Source: Candidatus Berkelbacteria bacterium CG_4_10_14_0_2_um_filter_35_9_33_12 (GTDB lineage Bacteria; Patescibacteriota; UBA1384; GWA2-35-9). Taken from it: 38,326 bases of DNA. The notes under the pieces are model-generated. The model was not told the origin of the DNA and did not search any database. It worked only from the letters and a program-made list of their open reading frames with translations. The stretch covers positions 1 through 38,326 of the forward strand of contig PFQF01000027.1 of the NCBI GenBank assembly GCA_002793435.1, in the 5' to 3' direction. The position numbers were made by a program, and so were the translations under genes. The number at the start of each line of letters is the position of its first letter. Position 1 is the stretch's first letter. Positions 1-7,893 of the stretch are shown one piece after another.

Positions 1-3000
1 TATAACCTGCCAATAACTGCTTCAATAAATACAGCGACTAAAGTAGCAACCGGCAGTTATTCTGTAATTCCAAATACAATAACTTCTCTTTTACTGAATA
101 CTGACTACGATTTAATTTTTTCTGCTTCAAGAAATTCTGTTAGCTGTCCGAGTGTTTCAATAACACAGGTGTTTAGAGTAACGGTTCAATCTCCAACCAT
201 TAGTTCATTTACCGCCAATCCGACATCGGTACAGATTGGCGACGATTCAACCAAATATCAAAGTTCGGCATTGAATTGGTCGGCGACAAATGCCGAAACG
301 ATGAAAATCGAAGCTTACAATGTTACAACCAGTAGCTGGGGATTAGTGTACACGATTCCATCTAATCAGTTTGCAGGTGGATCACATTCTTTGCAACCAA
401 CTGATTCAGTGATTAACCGGACGACCAAGAAAATTCAATTAAGAGTCGTGGCTACACGAATGAATGCGTTGGATGCGATAAAAACATTAGATATTCCAAT
501 TACGCTTGTTTCCTGTCCGACCCAAGCAGGGACGACAATTATTGCCGATGATGCGATTATTCGTAAACCGGGAGGAACGACGATTCGTTGGAGTTCAATT
601 AATGATCCGGATAGTATTGTTATTTCGTATTTAACTCCTCAAAATACTTTTCCTCGTGGAAATGCAAAAAATCCAAGTGGTAGTCAGTGGGTAGAACCAA
701 CGAGTGATGTAACTTACACAAATACGACTAAAAAAGCTTATTGTTCTGATAAAACGGCTAGCGTTTTCATTAAGGTTTTAGAGCCCTGCCCAAAAGTTGA
801 CTACTTCAGATTTAAAAATTATGCTTCGACAACAAAAGAGATTACTCCCGGAGAGCCAGTAACGATTGAATGGAATATTACCAATAATCCATCTCAAATT
901 CAACACACTATCAATAATGGAACAAGCTGGTCAGATGTGACTGCAACTGGCAGTTATTCTTGGAACGCTTATTCGGGAGGAATAGTAAAAATGCGTTACA
1001 AGAGGTCTGATTGTAATTCAGGCAATTGGCAAGAAAGTGGTCTGCTAACACTTAATATTGTAGCTCCACCACAGGCGCCAACAATTAATGGACCAAACGA
1101 TGGTACCGAATTTAACGCTAAACCAGCCAATGGAATTTTTAACTGGTCAAATGTTTCAAGCGAGGGATATATTATTGATATATATCAAACAAGTAACAAT
1201 AGCATTAATCCGATCGATGATAGATCAGTTAGTTCGACAAGTTTTAGTTGGTCAGATACCGATTGGGGGAGCTTAAGCGACACAGCTTACTCGTGGCGAG
1301 TTCGAGCGAATAGCTCAAAATTTACAGTTGCTAATGACGGTCATTGGGTTAATTTAACAACGAATGAGAAAATGGTTAACTATCCCAAAGCTTGGAGTAC
1401 TCCTCGTAATTTTGTAAAATTGACTTCCTTAGGGAGTTTTGGCATTACAAGTCCGGCTTCTGGCACAGTCAAAGCTATGCCTCCAGAAATAATTTGGACA
1501 AGTTCTGATTTTGCCACTAGCTATACAATTAAATTTACCGATACGACAAATAGTAGTGTTGTCCTAAGCCAAGACATTGACAGCGCTGGATTTCTAGCTC
1601 GTCGTTGGACGATCCCGCTAGGCGATTGGAAAGATAAATTTGTCATTGACAGAAATTATAATATCCAAGTAATTGCTAAACGGAATACATTGACCCGAAA
1701 TAATGGAAGCGGACAACAGACATTAATTAAAAAAGAATTATTATTAGAGTGTAAAAAATACATTGATCTTCCTACATTATTAAATAACGAAAAATCGGGA
1801 AGTTGCGAAACTGATTTAAGTTACAACCACAAACCGTTATTTAATTGGTATTCTCAATCTTCGCCGACTTCAATATTAGGGCAAATGCCTCCCGAAATTA
1901 CGCCAATTGAAGTCAAGTGGGTTAAAGGCGCAACAACTTATACGCACATTTTATCAAGCGACGATATCGCCAACGGAAAATATACTCCTCCAACTGATAT
2001 GTGGCGAAGCCTTGAAGCTGGGCTGGATTGGACAGTAACTATGTACGCTAAATGGAACGGTCAGGTAGTAATACAGAGCAATCCATATACAATTCGAGTG
2101 CCGATCGAAAACCCGGATTTAGTCAGTCCAATAAGTAAAATCTATTATTCAAAACCAGCCGATACCGAATTTATGTGGACAGACAGTCGGACTGACCAAA
2201 CTTATCAAATCTATTTTTATAAAGATGGATCGACGACCCAAAGTTTTATTCTCTCAACAACAGTCAACGGTCAAACTTATCTTCCATGGACAACCAGTGC
2301 TTGGGATGCAGTACCGAACGGAAATTACAAAATTAAAGTTAAACGAACTAACGATCCAGTGATTTATATGAGCGATGAAGGTTCTTTTACCAAAGCGCAA
2401 CTTACGGCTCCCGTTTTTTCCAGCACAGTGCCAAACGGTTCAATGTTTTTCCAAACTGCACCGGCAAACAATACATACAAATGGAATAGCGTAACCAATG
2501 CGTCCGATTATATCGTTCAATTAAAAAAAGGCGATAGCAGTTTTAGTTCAAATAATGTTTCTGAACCGTTGAAAAATACAACTGGAGAAAAAGAGATTGT
2601 TGTTTCTGGCACAACAATTGATTTCAACGCCAAATATAACGGACGAGCCACAACTCTTTGGTCGGAATTGGATAATGGGTTGTGGTATATGCGGGTTGCC
2701 GGCAGGGTCTATTCCGGACAGAAAAATAATTATGTTTGGTCAAATGTGCTTTATCTTGAAAAACAGACGCCAAATTTAACTTTACTCAATTCAGCTCCAT
2801 TCGACCGAGAACTTAAACCGCAATTTAAATTCGATCCGCAAGCGTTACCAGACGATTTGGAAGTTAACTTATACACAACCGCTGGTCCCCACACACTTAC
2901 CTCAATTAATATTGGTAGAAAAGTTGTACTTTTAGGAAAAAATAAGATTCAATTAGATAATTTTTCTTATACAGAAGAACAATGGCGCAATATATTTTAT

Positions 3001-6000
3001 GGCAGTTGGCAGGTTTATTATATTGTTGCAACCAAAGCCGATCATATTGAGCGAGCCAGAAGTAATACAATTACATTTAGTAAAGATTTGCCAAGTCAAA
3101 CTAACCCGACTTTGACAGTAAATAAAACAACAGCAATGGAGCAGGAAAGAGTTAAATTTACTCTTAATTATCCACGGTCTGAAGTGGCGTTCGATCATGC
3201 TCTACCTAGCACTACTCTAAGTCCATTTATTACAACCAATTCTCTTGAATTATTATTTTCTAATAACAATTTTGATCTGAATAGTATCTCTAGCACAGAT
3301 CTTGACGGTGGAGCGGTTGATATAGTCCAGAATAAAATTACTTGGAGCATTGACTCTAATGCTAAAGATGGAAAAGTTATTTGGATTCCGATGGGCAATT
3401 CAGACAATTGTAATGGCGAAACTACAGTTACATTGAACAAAACAATTACGCCTCAATTTGGCAGTGAAATTATAAACAATTCGAATAATGTTTCAGTTAT
3501 CTACGATTGTCCGACTGGAACATTTGTTTTTGATCCAACTAAGACAAAGAAAACTAGAAGTGGTGGTCCAAACACAGACAATATAAAAAAGGGTGATATT
3601 TTAACTTATAAAATTGAGTATGAAGGTACTTTTACAAAAGGTTCGGGGAGCGGTGGTGGGGGAGAGGCTACTCTGTTCGAAAAAATTAAAAATATTCCCG
3701 ATAGTATTATTCAAAAAATAGCCCAAACATACAAAAATGCCGGTCAAAAAATTGCACGCATAAAAACCAATCGAATAAAACTAGCCAAAGCTCAAGAATT
3801 GACAACAATTTATGCCAATATTGATGGGTCTAGCCATGACATAACTTACCTGACTGAAAGTGCCAGGGGAAAAAGTTTAATATTAGATGGCAGGTATGGT
3901 TTAGGTGGCGACTTTATTTTTTCAGGGAATTTAACTTTTGATATCCAGTCTTTGACTTTGCTTAGTGGTGCTAAAATTTCAGGCACTGGAAATTTAACTG
4001 TCAATGCTAACAATTTTATCAAAATTTGTCGATCATGCAGTCTCAAAGTTAAGGGTTATAGTGGAGGAAGAATGACGCAGTGTCAGGCAACAGGAGGTCG
4101 AGGAAGTAAACCTGGCGGTAGTTCGATTGCTTCTTCCCCATACCCTGCGCTATGTGGAATCGCTGGTAACGGTGGAGATTGGGATCAGGGTGGCGCCGGC
4201 GGTGGCGCCGGCGGTGGAGATCTCGGGGTTGGCGGTGGTGGGGGAAATATTGGTGGAGGGGGAGGAGCTTTTACATCTAATTTGGGGGGGTCTTGGAATT
4301 TAGGCGGTGGCGCCGCCGGTGTTGGTGGAAAGGGAGCGATCGGTGTTAATAAGGCTATCAATGGTCAATCTGGAAATGGAACTAGTGCTAACGATCAATT
4401 GCAAACATGGTTGGCTTTAGGTAAAAAACTAACTCAAGGTGGTGGTGGTGGCGCTGGAGGCGGAAACTATTCAGGAGATCATTCAATTAATGAAGGACGA
4501 TTTGGTGGAGGAATAATAAGTCTTAAAACAAATCAAAATGGGACCATTTTCACTAAGGGTTTAATTAGCAGTAAGGGCGATGACGGAGAATACAAATTGA
4601 TGGGAGGTACAACAAATAAAATAGGCGCCGGTGGCGCTGGCGCTGGCGGGAGTATTAATTTGGACGCTGGGAATATCTATATTTGTCCGACAGATAATAA
4701 TCTGAAGCCATTATCGATGTTTGATGCACGGGGTGGTGATTCAGGCAGAAAGGATTATTCGGGTCATTCTAATTATGCGCTTCGATCGGGCGCTGGCGGC
4801 GGTGGCTTAGTCTCATTAAAGGCGACTAAAGTAATTGAAGTTGGCGATAACAATGTCGGAGTTGGGGTTAAGAATGATCTTCAAACTCAATTAAATTCTG
4901 TAGTAGCTGGTGGCGGTAATTACTCTTCGGTCACCAGTAATAAAAGTGAAAACGGGATTGCTAATCTTGAAATTGATGGCACGACTGGTAATAATGATGC
5001 TTCTTGCTCGGACGGTTTTGATGAAACTAATTTACCTGACGAGCCATCAGTTTCATTATGGGTTAACGGGGAGGATGTGGATGTAACTAGTCTGCCAAGC
5101 GGAACTGAAATTAATTTGACTTGGACACAAGACGGGGCAAATGATTTGAAGCTAGTAACCAAGGTTGGCGAATCGGCTGAAACAACTCCTCAAGATGTCA
5201 CTGCTAGTACATCAATTGCTTCGTTTCCTTTAGAGGATGATATTTACTTTAAAATTACTGCCTCAAATGCCAGTGGTTCGACAAGTGATACGGTTAAGAT
5301 ATTTCAATACGGAAGCACCAATTTGGCGAAAGGTATTCACATTATTGACACGCCAACCAATCTTGTGTCTGCTACAGGAGAAAGCGGAGAATGGGATTCT
5401 TCCACACAACCGCTGATATTTGATTTTGATGAAAGTACAAATATTTTTAAAGGAGAAGTCAATATCGAATATATTGTTCCCAGTGATATTTGTAATAAAC
5501 CAGTTAATGAAAGATCTATAAAAAATGAGGCAACTTTAATTCCGTACTTGGGAACGTATGCGAGTAATAACAGCACGGACTCGCCGTCGACTATCGAAAC
5601 CCTGCCCGAAGATGTTCAGTGCGGAGTTTCGGTTGGCGGGAATGTCCGAGCTCACAACATCGATGACAGAAAAATAACCTTTAAGGATGAAATTCCGAGT
5701 TTGTTGATTGTTGGTGAAGATAGTTCGTTAAGCGATCCAGGAAAAGGTAATATTCAATTTCTTAAGTATAATGGTTTAATTGATGTTGATATGATTAAAA
5801 AGCGAATCAATCGACTTTTTAAAGAATCAGCCAAAGGAAGTCCAGCATTATCTGGTTCATCCACTCAAACAGGAATTTGGAGGGTTGAAGCTGGCAAAAC
5901 TATTGCTGGAAATTATAGTAAAAAAAATACTTTTATTGTTAAAAATGCTGATGATTCAATAACCATTGACAATTTAAATGCATTACAATCCGTTGGTATT

Positions 6001-6297
6001 ATTGCTAAAGATACAAATATTAACATTGAGGGAATTAATAAGAATATTGCGATTTTTGCTTATGATACGGATACATTAGATGATATTTGTGATGTTGATG
6101 GTAATTGTAAAAAAAATAAAGGTAATGTAACATTTATCGGGGGTGATGATATTAATTTTACCGGCGCCATCGTAGCTGAAAGTATTTCATTGGGAGATAA
6201 AACGGGTAATATTGATTGGTCATCGCAATTACAAACCTATGTTCCGGAAGGATTTTCAGAGATATTGAGTCCATTAATTTCAGAGAAAGCGCCATAA
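1..6297 (+). CDS. Giant secreted/surface repeat protein, 5'-partial (at least 2098 codons visible): Cys-bounded Ig-like modules, six FN3-like modules, Gly-rich beta-solenoid-like core, C-terminal Ig-like plus unknown domain
   Basis: The ORF track starts at GTG 169, but frame 1 has no stop from nt 1 to 168. The upstream peptide (..SVSCPSVSITQ) repeats the module-boundary motif seen later (LVSCPTQ, LEPCPKV), so the true start is upstream of the window. Stop is TAA at 6295-6297. No LPXTG motif or C-terminal TM is visible. Function is unknown. Confidence 0.85.
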   Translation, partial: YNLPITASINTATKVATGSYSVIPNTITSLLLNTDYDLIFSASRNSVSCPSVSITQVFRVTVQSPTISSFTANPTSVQIGDDSTKYQSSALNWSATNAETMKIEAYNVTTSSWGLVYTIPSNQFAGGSHSLQPTDSVINRTTKKIQLRVVATRMNALDAIKTLDIPITLVSCPTQAGTTIIADDAIIRKPGGTTIRWSSINDPDSIVISYLTPQNTFPRGNAKNPSGSQWVEPTSDVTYTNTTKKAYCSDKTASVFIKVLEPCPKVDYFRFKNYASTTKEITPGEPVTIEWNITNNPSQIQHTINNGTSWSDVTATGSYSWNAYSGGIVKMRYKRSDCNSGNWQESGLLTLNIVAPPQAPTINGPNDGTEFNAKPANGIFNWSNVSSEGYIIDIYQTSNNSINPIDDRSVSSTSFSWSDTDWGSLSDTAYSWRVRANSSKFTVANDGHWVNLTTNEKMVNYPKAWSTPRNFVKLTSLGSFGITSPASGTVKAMPPEIIWTSSDFATSYTIKFTDTTNSSVVLSQDIDSAGFLARRWTIPLGDWKDKFVIDRNYNIQVIAKRNTLTRNNGSGQQTLIKKELLLECKKYIDLPTLLNNEKSGSCETDLSYNHKPLFNWYSQSSPTSILGQMPPEITPIEVKWVKGATTYTHILSSDDIANGKYTPPTDMWRSLEAGLDWTVTMYAKWNGQVVIQSNPYTIRVPIENPDLVSPISKIYYSKPADTEFMWTDSRTDQTYQIYFYKDGSTTQSFILSTTVNGQTYLPWTTSAWDAVPNGNYKIKVKRTNDPVIYMSDEGSFTKAQLTAPVFSSTVPNGSMFFQTAPANNTYKWNSVTNASDYIVQLKKGDSSFSSNNVSEPLKNTTGEKEIVVSGTTIDFNAKYNGRATTLWSELDNGLWYMRVAGRVYSGQKNNYVWSNVLYLEKQTPNLTLLNSAPFDRELKPQFKFDPQALPDDLEVNLYTTAGPHTLTSINIGRKVVLLGKNKIQLDNFSYTEEQWRNIFYGSWQVYYIVATKADHIERARSNTITFSKDLPSQTNPTLTVNKTTAMEQERVKFTLNYPRSEVAFDHALPSTTLSPFITTNSLELLFSNNNFDLNSISSTDLDGGAVDIVQNKITWSIDSNAKDGKVIWIPMGNSDNCNGETTVTLNKTITPQFGSEIINNSNNVSVIYDCPTGTFVFDPTKTKKTRSGGPNTDNIKKGDILTYKIEYEGTFTKGSGSGGGGEATLFEKIKNIPDSIIQKIAQTYKNAGQKIARIKTNRIKLAKAQELTTIYANIDGSSHDITYLTESARGKSLILDGRYGLGGDFIFSGNLTFDIQSLTLLSGAKISGTGNLTVNANNFIKICRSCSLKVKGYSGGRMTQCQATGGRGSKPGGSSIASSPYPALCGIAGNGGDWDQGGAGGGAGGGDLGVGGGGGNIGGGGGAFTSNLGGSWNLGGGAAGVGGKGAIGVNKAINGQSGNGTSANDQLQTWLALGKKLTQGGGGGAGGGNYSGDHSINEGRFGGGIISLKTNQNGTIFTKGLISSKGDDGEYKLMGGTTNKIGAGGAGAGGSINLDAGNIYICPTDNNLKPLSMFDARGGDSGRKDYSGHSNYALRSGAGGGGLVSLKATKVIEVGDNNVGVGVKNDLQTQLNSVVAGGGNYSSVTSNKSENGIANLEIDGTTGNNDASCSDGFDETNLPDEPSVSLWVNGEDVDVTSLPSGTEINLTWTQDGANDLKLVTKVGESAETTPQDVTASTSIASFPLEDDIYFKITASNASGSTSDTVKIFQYGSTNLAKGIHIIDTPTNLVSATGESGEWDSSTQPLIFDFDESTNIFKGEVNIEYIVPSDICNKPVNERSIKNEATLIPYLGTYASNNSTDSPSTIETLPEDVQCGVSVGGNVRAHNIDDRKITFKDEIPSLLIVGEDSSLSDPGKGNIQFLKYNGLIDVDMIKKRINRLFKESAKGSPALSGSSTQTGIWRVEAGKTIAGNYSKKNTFIVKNADDSITIDNLNALQSVGIIAKDTNINIEGINKNIAIFAYDTDTLDDICDVDGNCKKNKGNVTFIGGDDINFTGAIVAESISLGDKTGNIDWSSQLQTYVPEGFSEILSPLISEKAP
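4189..4218. repeat. In-frame 12-bp tandem repeat (ggtggcgccggc x2 plus partial ggtgga) inside the Gly-rich segment of the giant gene
   Basis: Direct reading: 4189-4200 and 4201-4212 are identical, followed by ggtgga. The stretch encodes GGAGGGAGGG. Confidence 0.9.
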
Positions 6298-6325
6298 GAA
6301 TAAATTGTGGCTTGATTTTAGTTTT

Positions 6326-6352
6326 TATGTTATACATATGATATGTTATACT
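6326..6352 (+). promoter_or_regulatory. Possible tandem extended -10 elements (TGtTATACA / TGtTATACT) in a 16-bp direct repeat upstream of the pilus operon
   Basis: tatgttatac occurs at 6326-6335 and 6342-6351. Each copy reads TGnTATAC[A/T]. No convincing -35 is present. The site lies in the 89-bp gap between the giant gene stop and the pilN-like TTG start. Confidence 0.25.
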
Positions 6353-6386
6353 ATGATAGTAAATAATGTTTTAGGAGGGGAAAGGT

Positions 6387-6977
6387 TTGATTGACGAAAA
6401 TAATAATAACGAGCAAAAGGGATTTGTTAAATCTCTTGAGGTGCCGTTAATAGAAGAAAAAATCGGTCTTTTTCAGGTTGCAATGGAAATTTTGTTGTTG
6501 ATAACGATTGTTCAGTTTTTAGTAATTTTATTTACCACCACCCGATTGCATAGTGGTCTAGAACTATCAAAGTTAGAAATCGCTCAACTCGAGGAAAAAC
6601 TAAAAAATCCTCAATTAGTTCAGATTAAAGATCAGGTTGAAAATATTGGATCCCGAATTAAGCTTTTAGAATCAATTTTGGCAAAAAGTGAAGATTATAG
6701 CGATTTTTGGGAAGAAATTGAGCAAACTTTAGTTTCAGGGAGTGGTTATACTAGCATTACAATCGATAAAGATAAGACTGTAGTTTTAAGTGGTAAAACA
6801 ATCAATTATGAAGTTTTAGCTAAACTAATATCGAGTTTAAAATCTTCAAAAAAATTTACCGATATTAATTTAATCCAGTCGAGTAGTGATGAAAAAATAA
6901 AATCTTTTTCTTTAACGATGAAATATATTAAAGAAGAGGTTAAAAAAAGTCAAAATGAGCCAAGCAAAAAAGAGTAA
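6387..6977 (+). CDS. PilN-like type IV pilus alignment protein (bitopic: short cytoplasmic N-terminus, one TM, coiled coil, small alpha/beta domain)
   Basis: TTG start at 6387 is preceded by aggagggg (6373-6380). The architecture and position directly before a PilO-like gene and pilB fit PilN. The canonical PilM-binding INLLP-type N-terminal motif is not evident. Confidence 0.55.
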   Translation: MIDENNNNEQKGFVKSLEVPLIEEKIGLFQVAMEILLLITIVQFLVILFTTTRLHSGLELSKLEIAQLEEKLKNPQLVQIKDQVENIGSRIKLLESILAKSEDYSDFWEEIEQTLVSGSGYTSITIDKDKTVVLSGKTINYEVLAKLISSLKSSKKFTDINLIQSSSDEKIKSFSLTMKYIKEEVKKSQNEPSKKE

Positions 6978-7635
6978 TTTATCTTCGATAATCAGTTTTT
7001 TAATGTTTATTGCCTCGGTAGCAATCTGGTATTTTTTAATTCTACCTCAATTTGGCAAGTTTAAAGAGGCAAGTAATCAAGGTGCAATTTTAGGCGCAAA
7101 AGTTGAAGCGTTGACTAAAAATAATACGACCTTAGAATTATTAAAAAATCAGTTGACATCGACGCTTAACGATCAAAATAAACTTGACATTGCAATACCT
7201 AAAGAAACGCAAATTCCGGAAATTTTTATTACGGTTGAATCCTTAGCTCAAAAAACCGAAGTTGATGTAATTTCTATCAAGCCCGAGAATGAAGCAGTTG
7301 ATAATTTAATAAAAACAGTTATTGTCGTCGAAGCAGAATATCCAAATCTCAAGAATTTTATGCTTGGACTGACAAAAAATATTCGCCCAACTGTGACAGA
7401 AAGTTTTAAAGTGATTAAAAAAGAGGCAGAAGTATCAACCTCAACTAGTACTAGTGATGCTACCATTTCAGCTGAAACAAATAAAATCGAGACTTCTGGG
7501 CGTTCATTACAATCTGAAATTGTTGTCTATTTTGCGACTGCTCAAAAAAATACTGAGAAAAAATCTTCATCTGTCGAGACATCAAATAGTAATAAAGTAA
7601 CAACAAATAACGAGGAATTACACAATGCAGAATAA
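6955..7635 (+). CDS. PilO-like type IV pilus alignment protein (TM plus coiled coil plus C-terminal domain, Ser/Thr-rich tail)
   Basis: It overlaps the previous gene by 23 nt. It has an N-terminal TM (IISFLMFIASVAIWYFLILP), a coiled-coil segment, then a PilO-like pattern (IPEIFITVESLAQK..VVEAEYPNLKNFMLGL). Confidence 0.5.
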   Translation: MSQAKKSNLSSIISFLMFIASVAIWYFLILPQFGKFKEASNQGAILGAKVEALTKNNTTLELLKNQLTSTLNDQNKLDIAIPKETQIPEIFITVESLAQKTEVDVISIKPENEAVDNLIKTVIVVEAEYPNLKNFMLGLTKNIRPTVTESFKVIKKEAEVSTSTSTSDATISAETNKIETSGRSLQSEIVVYFATAQKNTEKKSSSVETSNSNKVTTNNEELHNAE

Positions 7636-7885
7636 AAATAATTTAACTTTTGGATTAATATTAATTCTTATCTCACTTGGTTTTTATCTTTATCTATTCA
7701 TTAGTTATAAACCTAAAGTAATTGAAGCTTTTGGCAGCGATACTGGTATTGTGCAAGTTGATGATAAAATATTTTCAAAAAATGTTTTGGAGGGTCTGAG
7801 AGAAAGGGAAGTTAATGGTCAATTACCAGTCGTGTTAAATCAGGATGATCACAGTGGAGAAAGTCCTTTTACCAAAGTAGAATAG
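7625..7885 (+). CDS. Small single-pass membrane protein of unknown function within the pilus operon
   Basis: ATG at 7625 with GAGGA 8 nt upstream. It overlaps the previous gene by 11 nt. One N-terminal TM (LTFGLILILISLGFYLYLFI). Confidence 0.5.
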   Translation: MQNKNNLTFGLILILISLGFYLYLFISYKPKVIEAFGSDTGIVQVDDKIFSKNVLEGLREREVNGQLPVVLNQDDHSGESPFTKVE

Positions 7886-7893
7886 TTAGTTTT

